From NCBI GenBank assembly GCA_963795075.1, contig CAWCFY010000002.1, positions 164,180-228,179 on the forward strand: a stretch of DNA of 64,000 bases. The letters run 5' to 3'. The translations under genes were made by a program, and so were the position numbers. Of this stretch, positions 47,919 through 56,666 are shown piece after piece; position 1 is the stretch's first letter, and each line of letters starts with the position of its first letter. The notes under the pieces are model-generated. The model worked only from the letters and a program-made list of their open reading frames with translations. It had not been told where the DNA came from and made no database searches. This DNA comes from an uncultured Actinomycetota bacterium (GTDB lineage Bacteria; Actinomycetota; Actinomycetes; Propionibacteriales; Nocardioidaceae).

Positions 47919-49022
47919 ATGCCCGACGCCATCGAAGTACGCAAGGTCCCGATCCACTCGGTCGCCGACGCCAGCGAGCTGGCCAAGCTCATCGACGACG
48001 GGGTGATGCACGCCGACCGGGTGATCGCGATCATCGGCAAGACCGAGGGCAACGGCGGGGTGAACGACTACACCCGGATCATCTCCGACCGCGCGTTCCG
48101 CGAGGTGCTGGTGGACAAGGGCGCCCCCGCCGACCAGGTCAAGCAGATCCCGATCGTCTGGTCCGGCGGCACCGACGGCGTGATCAGCCCGCACGCGACG
48201 ATCTTCGCGACCGTCCCGCCCGAGGACGTGACGCCGAGCGACGAGCCGCGGCTGACCGTCGGCTTCGCGATGAGCGAGGTGCTGCTGCCCGAGGACATCG
48301 GCCGGGTGGCGATGGTGGAGAAGGTCGCCGACGCCACCCGGGTGGCGATGGAGCGCGCCGGGATCACCGACCCCGCCGAGGTGCACTACGTGCAGACCAA
48401 GACCCCGCTGCTGACCGTGCACACCATCCGCGACGCGAAGTCGCGCGGCAAGACGGTGTGGACCGAGCACACCCACGAGTCGATGGACCTCTCCAACGGC
48501 ACCACCGCGCTCGGCATCGCGGTGGCGCTCGGCGAGATCGAGATGCCCAGCGACGCCGACGTGATGCACGACCGCTCGCTGTACTCCGCGGTGGCCTCCT
48601 GCTCCTCGGGCGTCGAGCTCGACCAGGCGCAGGTCGTCGTGGTCGGCAACGCGCCCGGGGTCGGCGGCCGCTACCGGATCGGTCACTCGGTGATGAAGGA
48701 CGCGCTCGACGCCGACGGCATCTGGGCCGCGATCAAGGACGCCGGGCTCGACCTGCCCGAGCGGCCCCACCCCTCCGACCTCGACGGCCGGCTCGTCAAC
48801 GTGTTCCTCAAGTGCGAGGTCTCCCAGGACGGCGTCGTACGCGGGCGACGCAACGCGATGCTCGACGACTCCGATGTGCACTGGCACCGGCAGATCAAGG
48901 CCGCGGTCGGTGGGGTCACGGCGTCGGTGACCGGGGACCCGGCGGTGTTCGTGTCGGTCTCCGCGGCGCACCAGGGACCGGACGGCGGCGGCCCGGTGGC
49001 CGCGATCGTCGACCTCGGCTGA
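47919..49022 (+). CDS. Ring-opening amidohydrolase (barbiturase/cyanuric acid amidohydrolase family)
   Basis: 367 aa: [16 protein letters not shown]...[14 protein letters not shown]...VQTKTPLLT...ASCSSGVEL, with a threefold internal layout as in AtzD/barbiturase. The start lies 1 nt after the arcC stop. Confidence 0.8.
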   Translation: MPDAIEVRKVPIHSVADASELAKLIDDGVMHADRVIAIIGKTEGNGGVNDYTRIISDRAFREVLVDKGAPADQVKQIPIVWSGGTDGVISPHATIFATVPPEDVTPSDEPRLTVGFAMSEVLLPEDIGRVAMVEKVADATRVAMERAGITDPAEVHYVQTKTPLLTVHTIRDAKSRGKTVWTEHTHESMDLSNGTTALGIAVALGEIEMPSDADVMHDRSLYSAVASCSSGVELDQAQVVVVGNAPGVGGRYRIGHSVMKDALDADGIWAAIKDAGLDLPERPHPSDLDGRLVNVFLKCEVSQDGVVRGRRNAMLDDSDVHWHRQIKAAVGGVTASVTGDPAVFVSVSAAHQGPDGGGPVAAIVDLG

Positions 49023-49088
49023 GGCCGGCCGCTGCGGGCTCCGGAGCCTGTCGGTGCGGGGTCCTAGGTTCGCGACCGGAGGTACGAC

Positions 49089-49505
49089 ATGCGAACACTG
49101 GTGGCAACTCATCGGACGAACGGCACTGCCGACGGAGACTACGACTTCTGCATCGAGGGGGAAGTGGTCTACATGCAACCGCCCTGCGCCTCGGACGCGC
49201 GCGACCCGGACGGGCCGTGCGGCTGCGGCCGCGGGTTCAGCGGGATGAACTCCCATCGAGCCACGACGACGGCGCTCGTGGTGGAGAGCCCGCTGTCCGA
49301 GGACGACGTGCGGGTGGCGCTGCGGGCGAGCCTGGAGGCGGGGGGCTGGATCGACCCGGATGTCCATACCGATGCGGAGGTCGAGCCGATCCTCGACGAG
49401 GTGCTCGGCGAGGTGAAGACCGTGGCCGAGCACTTCGCGCCGGGCAGCGTGGTGCGTCGGAGGCTGAGCCAGTACGCCGAGCGGTTCCCGTCACCCTCGC
49501 GCTGA
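49089..49505 (+). CDS. Conserved hypothetical protein
   Basis: 138-aa track ORF with GC3-rich codons and the Cys pattern CASDARDPDGPCGCGRGF. Confidence 0.45.
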   Translation: MRTLVATHRTNGTADGDYDFCIEGEVVYMQPPCASDARDPDGPCGCGRGFSGMNSHRATTTALVVESPLSEDDVRVALRASLEAGGWIDPDVHTDAEVEPILDEVLGEVKTVAEHFAPGSVVRRRLSQYAERFPSPSR

Positions 49506-49586
49506 TCCCAGGGGCGAGGGTCGATCAGGCCGCTGCCGGGTCGCCGCCTGCTGGCCGTCGACCTCGGCTGGGGCCGACGACTCGGG

Positions 49587-50087
49587 TCACTTGACGATGG
49601 CGTCGACCGTCTTCTTCAACGCGCCCGGCTGCGACGGGCGGGTAGGGGCCTTCGGTCGGCGCTCCGCCATCTCGGCGCCGATCTCCTGCAGGACCTTGCG
49701 TCCCAGGCCCTCGCGGACCTTGGGGAACCACTCCTGCTCCTCCTCCTCGATGTGGTGCTCCACGTTCTCGATGAGGACGGTGGTCTTGGCGTCGAAGCGT
49801 TCGTGGTCGGGCTTCATCGCGGCGAGCTCGACGACCAGGACGTCGGCGACGTGGTGCTCCTCGTAGGACTCCAGGACGTCGTCCTCCACCTCGGGGAGCA
49901 GCTCACGAACGCGGGGGTACATCACCTCGTTCTCGAGATAGGTGTGCACGGTCAGCAGCTCGATGATCCGGTCGACGATCTGGCCCTTGGTCTTGGTCGC
50001 ATTCGGACCCGCCTTGCGGAAGTCCGAGAAAGCCTTGCGGATCTGCTTGTGGTCGTCCTTGAGCATGACGATGGCGTCGTTCGACAT
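49587..50087 (-). CDS. Hemerythrin-domain protein
   Basis: ATG at 50087 follows GGAGCC. Translation: MSNDAIVMLKDDHKQIRKAF...HHIEEEEQEWFP. Confidence 0.8.
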   Translation of the reverse strand: MSNDAIVMLKDDHKQIRKAFSDFRKAGPNATKTKGQIVDRIIELLTVHTYLENEVMYPRVRELLPEVEDDVLESYEEHHVADVLVVELAAMKPDHERFDAKTTVLIENVEHHIEEEEQEWFPKVREGLGRKVLQEIGAEMAERRPKAPTRPSQPGALKKTVDAIVK

Positions 50088-50226
50088 GGGGGCTCCTGGC
50101 ACGGGGTCGGGGCGGGGCGGGGTCCTGCGTGTACCCCGGCACCGGGCGTTGATGCCCTGGGCGTCGCGCGGTGCAGCGAGGGGCAGTGCCGGGACCCGTC
50201 TGGGCGAACGGACAGCGCCCACGCGA

Positions 50227-51405
50227 TCAGTCGTCCAACCACTCCCGGATCGCGGCGCCGTGCTGGTCCAGCGTCGGGGGAGCGAGGTGCTCGGCCCGTC
50301 CGCCGGAGTGCGGGTTGTCGTCGTACCGCAGCGGTGAGCCGGGCAGGTTGAGCGTGCCCTGCGTGGGGTGCTCGACCTCGAGCAGCAGCCCCTGCGAGCG
50401 GACCTGGTCCCAGCCGTAGACGTCGTCGAGCGTGCGGACCTTGCCCGAGGGCACGCCGGCCTCGGCGAGCTGGGCCAGCCAGTGCTCGGCGGTGTCGGTG
50501 GCGAAGTGCGCCTCCAGGAGTGCGATCAGCTCGTCGCGGTGCTGCACGCGCAGCTGGTTGGTGGCGAAGCGCGGGTCCGTGGGTTCGAGGTCCAGTGCCT
50601 TGCACAGCGACAGCCAGAGGCCCTCGGAGCCGCAGGCGATCTGGATCGGCGCGGTCCCGGTCTCGAAGAGGCCGTACGGCGCGATCGCCGGGTGGTGGTC
50701 ACCGGCCAGACCGGGCACCTCGCCGCCCACCGTCCAGCGGGTCCCCTGGAAGGCGTGCACGCCGACCACGCCGGCGAGCAGCGACGTACGCACGACACGT
50801 CCGCGGCCGGTCACTGCACGCTCGTGCAGCGCCGCCAGCACGCCGAAGGCGCCGTTCATCCCGGCGAGCAGGTCGGCGATCGGCACCCCGACCTTGGTCG
50901 CCTGCTCGGTGCCGGTGATCGACATCAGCCCGCCCTCGCCCTGCGCGATCTGGTCGTACCCGGCGCGGGTCGCCTCGGGCCCGTCGTGGCCGAAGCCGGT
51001 GATCGACATGATCACCAGTCTCGGGTTGAGCTCGTGCAGGCGCTCGACGGAGAAGCCGAGGCGGTCCAGCACCCCGACCCGGTAGTTCTCCAGCAGCACG
51101 TCGGCCCGCACCACCAGCCGCGCCAGCACGTCCCGGTCCGCGGCGTCCTTGAGGTCGAGGACGATCGACTCCTTGTTGCGGTTGGCCGAGAGGTAGTACG
51201 TCGACTCCCGCTCGTCCCCCTCGCCGACGAAGGGAGGGCCCCAGCCGCGGGTGTCGTCCCCGGCGGGCGGCTCCACCTTGATCACCCGGGCCCCCTGGTC
51301 GCCGAGCATCATCGCCGCGTGCGGACCCGCCAGAGCACGGGTCAGGTCGAGCACGAGCAGGTCGGCGAGGGGCCCGTCGGCGGTCTCGGGTGTGGACGAC
51401 GTCAT
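50227..51405 (-). CDS. Family III CoA-transferase (CaiB/BaiF)
   Basis: Translation: LADLLVLDLTRALAGPHAAMMLGDQGARVIKVEPPAGDDTRGWGPP. Confidence 0.85.
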   Translation of the reverse strand: MTSSTPETADGPLADLLVLDLTRALAGPHAAMMLGDQGARVIKVEPPAGDDTRGWGPPFVGEGDERESTYYLSANRNKESIVLDLKDAADRDVLARLVVRADVLLENYRVGVLDRLGFSVERLHELNPRLVIMSITGFGHDGPEATRAGYDQIAQGEGGLMSITGTEQATKVGVPIADLLAGMNGAFGVLAALHERAVTGRGRVVRTSLLAGVVGVHAFQGTRWTVGGEVPGLAGDHHPAIAPYGLFETGTAPIQIACGSEGLWLSLCKALDLEPTDPRFATNQLRVQHRDELIALLEAHFATDTAEHWLAQLAEAGVPSGKVRTLDDVYGWDQVRSQGLLLEVEHPTQGTLNLPGSPLRYDDNPHSGGRAEHLAPPTLDQHGAAIREWLDD

Positions 51406-51469
51406 GCCCCGACTCAACCACCGTGGGTCGGGGTCGCGGAACCGCGGGTGGTGACATCGCCGCGTCGGT

Positions 51470-51907
51470 GTGCTGAGAATGAGGAGCATGAGTGCACTCA
51501 CCGCCATCGTGCCGAAGATCGTCGCCCCCTCCGCCGACGAGGCTCTCGCGTTCTACTCCCGGGCCTTCGGGCTCGAGGTCACCCAGCGCTACACGCACGG
51601 GGACACCGTCGTGTTCGCAGAGGCCAGTGCTGGCGACGTACGCCTGCAGGTCAAGGACGCCGACGCCACCGACCCGGCCGGCCCGACCGCCTCGCTCGTC
51701 CTCACCGTCGAGACCGACGACGCGGCCACGCTCGCCAAGCACGCCGTCGAGGCCGGCGCCGAGGTGGTCTTCGAGGTCGCCGCCCAGGGCTACGGGATGG
51801 TCCAGGGCCGCGTGCGCGACCCGTACGGCGTGCAGTGGATCGTCTCCCAGACCGTCGAGGACCTCACCCCCGAGCAGGTGCAGGAGCGGATCGACGCGAT
51901 GACCTGA
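51470..51907 (+). CDS. VOC/glyoxalase-family (PhnB-like) protein
   Basis: Translation: PKIVAPSADEALAFYSRAFGLEV...GRVRDPYGVQWIV. The start is ambiguous (51470, 51479 or 51488). Confidence 0.7.
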   Translation: MLRMRSMSALTAIVPKIVAPSADEALAFYSRAFGLEVTQRYTHGDTVVFAEASAGDVRLQVKDADATDPAGPTASLVLTVETDDAATLAKHAVEAGAEVVFEVAAQGYGMVQGRVRDPYGVQWIVSQTVEDLTPEQVQERIDAMT

Positions 51908-51990
51908 CCTGCGTCGCCGCGGGTGACCCGGATCGCGACGGCCCCGATTTGGAGGACGCCCGCGGCGTCCCGTAACGTTGTCGTCAGCGA

Positions 51991-52067
51991 CGCGGGGTGG
52001 AGCAGTTCGGTAGCTCGCTGGGCTCATAACCCAGAGGTCGCAGGTTCAAATCCTGCCCCCGCTACCA
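51991..52067 (+). tRNA. Initiator tRNA-Met (anticodon CAT)
   Basis: CGCGGGGTGGAGCAGTTCGGTAGCTCGCTGGGCTCATAACCCAGAGGTCGCAGGTTCAAATCCTGCCCCCGCTACCA. It has the C1 x U72 mismatch, three G:C pairs at the base of the anticodon stem, and an encoded CCA. Confidence 0.9.
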
Positions 52068-52071
52068 AATC

Positions 52072-52113
52072 AAGTGGCCCCTGACCTGCGGAAACGCAGA
52101 CCAGGGGCCACTT
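52072..52113 (+). terminator. Hairpin downstream of the tRNA
   Basis: AAGTGGCCCCTG...CAGGGGCCACTT arms around a cctgcg-gaaa-cgcag inner stem. The T-rich tail is weak. Confidence 0.45.
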
Positions 52114-52386
52114 GGCATTTGACGCATCTTCACGTGTGTCGCTGTTTGTGACCCAGAAACCCGTGCGTCAGTGCCCCGAAGAGGATTCCCTCGCTGAGTC
52201 CCAGGAGGCCCAGAGTGATCCCGTCGGCCCAACGCGGAGTCGGCGGTGCGGCTTCATTCGCGGCGGAAAGGGGCACCTGCCGACGCCACCTATCCAGGTT
52301 GCGTACACGGCGGTTGGACGCGCGTGAGGCACGGAGTTCGGGAACAGCGGCAGTTGGGCCGCTCGAGATGGCGGGAGGAGCCGAGG

Positions 52387-52926
52387 TCAGCAGAAGAAGT
52401 CGCCGGGGATCCGGGTGGCGACCAAGTAGTGCACCCAGGGTGCGAGCCATGCGGCCGCTACCCATGGCCATCCACGTCGGGTCGCGGTAGTGCCTAGTGC
52501 GCCGGCGAGACAGGCCGCCGCGGCTGCCAGAGCGGGAAGCAGCACGGCGTTGAGGCTGTCCGGGGCGCAAAGCGGCATGAGCAGCCACACCGTCGAGACC
52601 TCGAACCCACCCCCCTCCTCAGACCCCGTGGACACCAGGGCGTAGGTGCTGAGAAGGGCCGGCAGCCATAGGCCGGCCCACCCCAAGAGTGACCAGGCGA
52701 TGGAGAGGGCGCGAGGGGCCTCAGGCCACAGGTAGCGGCGAGCGGCGTGCGTTACGAAGGGAAGGGACAGGGAGGCGAAGAATCCGAGGAACGGCAAGGT
52801 GTAGGCGATGAAGACCAACACGGCGATGCCGCAAGGCACCCCCGTCTGGGCAAGGCGTGCCGGCGGGTTCCGCAATGCGAAGAAGGTCATAGGTGCATCG
52901 AACCGCGATGCCGACCGCCAGCGCAT
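52387..52926 (-). CDS. Polytopic membrane protein, unknown function
   Basis: 179-aa track ORF with several hydrophobic helices (GIAVLVFIAYTLPFLGFFASL, LLGWAGLWLPALL). The start is uncertain. Confidence 0.45.
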   Translation of the reverse strand: MRWRSASRFDAPMTFFALRNPPARLAQTGVPCGIAVLVFIAYTLPFLGFFASLSLPFVTHAARRYLWPEAPRALSIAWSLLGWAGLWLPALLSTYALVSTGSEEGGGFEVSTVWLLMPLCAPDSLNAVLLPALAAAAACLAGALGTTATRRGWPWVAAAWLAPWVHYLVATRIPGDFFC

Positions 52927-53289
52927 CCGCTCTCGTACTCAGCCCGCAGGGGAGTGCCTTACAAGCCCCGTCCCTGTCGCGGCTATCAGACGTGGCGTCC
53001 CTCGCGCGGCGGTGTGACGCGCCCAAACTGCGCGAGTGGATCAAGCTGCGTGCGTCGCGTATGGCGTGTCCGTCAGGGTAGATCCCATTCCCCGAGAAGC
53101 GATGGACCGTGAGGTCGGGTGTCAACCAAACTCCGGGGGCATCCGTCCGTATTCTCGGTGACCTTGGTCTCGGCTCTCCGCTCGATGCTCGACCACAATC
53201 AGTGCTCGATCGCCGGAGTCATCGTCCGCGCCAAGTGCATGGCCTGTGCCGACGGTCCGCGCCGGGTCCTGCGCAGCGGATCCGAAAGG

Positions 53290-54207
53290 CTACTCGCGGA
53301 ACGTGATCGACTCGACCATGCGTCTGAGCGCATCGACGTCGGCATGGGTGGCGTCGGGTGGCGTCTCGGCGGTGAAGATGAACCGCTCATCGGCGACCTG
53401 GACGATCCACAACCGGATGATGTCGCCAGGCTGGTCGGCCCACACGGTCTCGTAGTGAGAGGCACCGAGGTCCCCGCCCGAGTACAACTTGAAGGCGTCG
53501 TCGTGGCAGGGGGTGAGGTCGGCTTCGGGGCGGACGGTGATCGTCAGGCTCACCGCGTCCACTCCGCCGAGCATGGTCACTGCCGGGGTGCTGACGTCGA
53601 CCCTGGGCAGCTCGGCGATCGCCGCCGCGATCCCTCTGATCGTGCGCGTGGACCTGGGGTCGGATGTGTCGCGACATGGGTTTCCCGCAACTACGACGCC
53701 ACCAGTGACGTGCTGGACAGAGAGCCGTCCGAGCCCGCCGGAAGCCCTGGTGGGGGTGAACTCGGGACGGATGGGTGACGGCCTGATCCGTTCGTTCGCC
53801 GGCTTGGTGACCTTCCACCCCTCGGGAACGTCCATGTCGAAGACGAGCAGCAGCCCACCCCGGTCGAGCTCCCTCGGAAGATTGCGCAGCCTCACTCTGT
53901 ACCGGCCGTCGTCGAGGACCGCCGAGTCGCCGTACCGCTTCGGCAGTGGCAGCTCGAGCGCTTCGGAAGGTACGGGAGTGGTGGTCTCGGACGGTGTCGG
54001 CTCCGAGGCCGGCTTCGGGGCGGACTGGTCCTCACGGCCGGTCAGCTGGGCGCCTCCAGCGATCACGGCGACCACGGCAGCGGCGCACGCTGCGACAGTG
54101 AACGCCGCGGCGCGCCGGTTGCGACGCTTGGCGGTCTCGCGCAACGAGTCAAGGGAGGGCGGGCGGACCTCGTCACCCAGGTCACGAAGCAGGTTGAGAT
54201 CAGGCAT
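53290..54207 (-). CDS. Putative anti-sigma factor, single TM, unrecognised extracytoplasmic domain
   Basis: ATG at 54207 overlaps the sigma gene stop by 8 nt. Translation: MPDLNLLRDLGDEV...RRNRRAAAFTVAACAAAVVAVIAGGAQL, then about 230 aa of unknown fold. Confidence 0.5.
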   Translation of the reverse strand: MPDLNLLRDLGDEVRPPSLDSLRETAKRRNRRAAAFTVAACAAAVVAVIAGGAQLTGREDQSAPKPASEPTPSETTTPVPSEALELPLPKRYGDSAVLDDGRYRVRLRNLPRELDRGGLLLVFDMDVPEGWKVTKPANERIRPSPIRPEFTPTRASGGLGRLSVQHVTGGVVVAGNPCRDTSDPRSTRTIRGIAAAIAELPRVDVSTPAVTMLGGVDAVSLTITVRPEADLTPCHDDAFKLYSGGDLGASHYETVWADQPGDIIRLWIVQVADERFIFTAETPPDATHADVDALRRMVESITFRE

Positions 54208-54691
54208 GACGTGACTCCTCCTCGTCGAGCATCTCGGCCAGCTGGCCGCGAGCCCTGCTGAGCCGGGACTTGACCGTTCCTTCGGGGATGCCGAGCTCGT
54301 CGGCGATCTGGGCTGTGCCGAGGTCGGCCAGGTGGTGCAGGACCATGACTTGGCGCTGATTGGGATCGAGCTGCGCCAGCGCGGTGACGATCGCGACGTG
54401 CTCGGGGCCGACCTCAACCGGTGCTTGCGGGCCGGGTACGGCAGCTTGGTACCTGCGCACAACCGATGCGTGCCGCCAACCCGCGCGCAACCGGTTCAGC
54501 GCCACCCGGCGCAACCAGGCATCGGTGTTCGCGACCCCGTCCAGCTCGCGGCCCTTGCGAAGCGCCGCGACGAACGCCTCCTGGACGGCGTCCTCGGCGT
54601 CGGCCAGGTCGCCGCAGATGGCGTAGACCTGCACGACCAGCCGCCGATACGACGCGGCGTAGAGGGTGTCCAGATCACTGATGCCGGTCAT
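54200..54691 (-). CDS. ECF-type RNA polymerase sigma-70 factor
   Basis: ATG at 54691 follows GGAGGGAG. Contains DAEDAVQEAFVAAL (region 2) and LGTAQIADELGIPEGTVKSRLSRARGQL (region 4). Confidence 0.85.
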   Translation of the reverse strand: MTGISDLDTLYAASYRRLVVQVYAICGDLADAEDAVQEAFVAALRKGRELDGVANTDAWLRRVALNRLRAGWRHASVVRRYQAAVPGPQAPVEVGPEHVAIVTALAQLDPNQRQVMVLHHLADLGTAQIADELGIPEGTVKSRLSRARGQLAEMLDEEESRHA

Positions 54692-55132
54692 GCCACCTCT
54701 CCCTCCTGGTGCCACGTTCTCGCACTCAAGGAGCCTGAGAGCCCAGCTCGGTTCCCGATTGACATGACATTGACCCAGGGCCGGGAAAGTGCGCCTCCTG
54801 GTACAGACCAGATGGATCGCTCGTCGGGGGCTCGGGGCGACGAAACCGGTCGAGGCGTTCCGGAAGCCAGGACACGCATGCGAGGCCCTGGCCCGCCGAT
54901 GTACGCCGGGCTGCGGGTCGTCCGACGGGCTCAACCCCTTGGTCGACAACGCCCGCATGCAGCGAGACCGCCATGAGCACATGCACCCGGGTGATCATCG
55001 CCGTGCGAGGATCGATCCTGATCGAGCGATGCACTCGTGGCCGCTGCGTCTAACTGGGTGGAGTGACGCTGCTTGAGTCGGTTCAGCCGTCGGTTGAAGG
55101 CGGGCAGCAACGAGCGGTGATAAGGTGTCCTT

Positions 55133-55606
55133 ATGACGCTCGTCGCTGAGTACCGCGCGGCGCGACATCACGAGGATGTCGCAAGGCTTCGGCGTGTGCT
55201 CGCGCTGAGGGCGATGATCGCGGCCGGGATGAGCCAGCGGGAGATCGCGATGGCGCTCGGGATCAGTCAGCCGGCGGTGAGTCAGCAACTCAGGGCGGCC
55301 TCGGTTCTGTCAACTGTTCATCCGGAGAAGCTGATCGAGGCGGCGGCTCCGGTGCTCCTGCGTCTCGCCGAGGATGCGGGCTACGGGAGGCTCGCGGTGT
55401 TCGGCTCGGTGGCGCGGGGGCAGGCAGGGCAAGACTCTGACATCGATCTGCTGGTCGAAGCGCCAGAGGGGACGTCTTCGTTCGGCTTCGTCAAGTTCAA
55501 GCAACTGATCGAGCAGGTGCTCGGTCGGCAGATCGACCTGGTCGACTACGGCGGTTTGAAGCCGAGGCTGGATGACGACGTCAGTCGCGAAGCAGTGCCG
55601 CTCTGA
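55133..55606 (+). CDS. HTH-fused nucleotidyltransferase (MNT/MntA-type antitoxin)
   Basis: N-terminal HTH GMSQREIAMALGISQPAVSQQL, then the NTase motif FGSVARGQAGQDSDIDLLV. Confidence 0.8.
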   Translation: MTLVAEYRAARHHEDVARLRRVLALRAMIAAGMSQREIAMALGISQPAVSQQLRAASVLSTVHPEKLIEAAAPVLLRLAEDAGYGRLAVFGSVARGQAGQDSDIDLLVEAPEGTSSFGFVKFKQLIEQVLGRQIDLVDYGGLKPRLDDDVSREAVPL

Positions 55607-55965
55607 TGGACGTCAAGGCGGCCAAGGAACTGCTCCACATTCGTGCTTGGCTGATACGCGTCGACCAGGTCGTGCAGCGCGGCAAGGAGGCATACCTGGT
55701 TGAGGCCCTGCTCCAGGAGGCGGGGGACTCGCTCATGATGAAGCTCGGTGAGGCAGCGAACCGGTTGTCCCGGCTCGAGGTTCTTGCACCCGATGGCGTC
55801 GAGTGGGCACTCGCCGTCGCGAACCGGAACTTCATCATCCATCAGTACGACGAGATCAATCGCGAGCTCACTTGGCTCACCCTCTCCCGGGACTTGCCGG
55901 CGTGGAGGGTTTCGCTGGAAGGCCTCGTCAGCGATGCAGAGACGGAGCTCGACGAAGCGGGGTGA
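55606..55965 (+). CDS. HEPN/DUF86 (HepT-type toxin)
   Basis: The ATG overlaps the MNT stop (TGATG). Contains the RNFIIHQY (R-x4-H) HEPN motif. Confidence 0.8.
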   Translation: MDVKAAKELLHIRAWLIRVDQVVQRGKEAYLVEALLQEAGDSLMMKLGEAANRLSRLEVLAPDGVEWALAVANRNFIIHQYDEINRELTWLTLSRDLPAWRVSLEGLVSDAETELDEAG

Positions 55966-56171
55966 GGCTGCGGTGAGCGAGGGCGCTCGAGATCCTAGTC
56001 GTGTCGCGTTTAGGCCCCGAAAACTGGAACAAGAGTCGCCGCGACGGGTCACATGGCGGCAAGAATTGGGGGCCTTGCGTCACCGCCGTACGTAGCGTTT
56101 GCGCAGGTCAGCGCACGAATGCGCACACGCCAGCAAATGGTCGACGACTCGCGCACGCTCGCGCCGGATGA

Positions 56172-56255
56172 CCAGAGGTCGCAGGTTCAAATCCTGCCCC
56201 CGCTACCAAACCAAGTGGCCCCTGACCTGCGGAAACGCAGGCCAGGGGCCACTTG
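56172..56255 (+). repeat. Duplicated tRNA-Met 3' half plus terminator hairpin (attR-like)
   Basis: ccagaggtcgcaggttcaaatcctgcccccgctaccaaaccaagtggcccctgacctgcggaaacgcaggccaggggccacttg. There is no 5' half, so it is not a functional tRNA. Confidence 0.85.
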
Positions 56256-56666
56256 TCATGTGATCCATGCTGCGCTGTGTCGAGGATCGGGGCGCGTTCG
56301 CATGCTCGAAGCGGGCTCGGATCGACGTCCTTGTCACACCATGGTTGCGCGCCCGCGGATCTGCCAACGCTCCTGTGACAACGTGCCCGAGCGGCCAACC
56401 CGTCAGCGCCCCCGGGCATCGTGCGTTGCAGCCGTCCGGTGTGTCGCGTTGAGCGCGGCTACGGTTCGGCTGAACCGCCGCGGCGAGGGCGGTGCAGGAG
56501 TCCCCAATGTCACCGATCCCCGCCGTCTCTGGCAGCTAGCCGGTGGCCCCGAATGCGAGTGCGCACCGATCGGAGCGAGAGCGGTGCTCGGGAGGCGCGA
56601 CGCCACACGGTGGTCGCCTTCGAGAGACGACCCCACCGCTACCTCGGCTTCGCGCCGACTCGGGCC

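Larger units (their letters stand above)
52031..56255. mobile_element. Integrase-less tRNA-associated genomic islet bounded by 84-nt direct repeats
   Basis: 52031..52114 (tRNA 3' half plus hairpin) repeats at 56172..56255 with 2 mismatches. The interior has visibly lower GC at its left end and carries accessory genes. Confidence 0.5.

Noticed and set aside
52130-52290. A possible 50-aa membrane peptide on the minus strand (VPLSAANEAAPPTPRWADGITLGLLGLSEGILFGALTHGFLGHKQRHT).
   Set aside because: It has one plausible TM helix but no convincing start or RBS. It lies inside a longer ORF that is otherwise junk. The evidence is too weak to list as a feature.
52115-56171. An integrase or excisionase expected next to the tRNA.
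   Set aside because: None of the six-frame ORFs shows a recombinase-like sequence by eye, such as R..H-x-x-R..Y-type motifs. This cannot be excluded without a profile search, so I report the islet as integrase-less only provisionally.
56172-56255. A second tRNA-Met gene.
   Set aside because: Only the 3' part (from the variable/T-arm region onward) is present. There is no acceptor 5' strand, D-arm or anticodon arm, so it is an att-type duplication.
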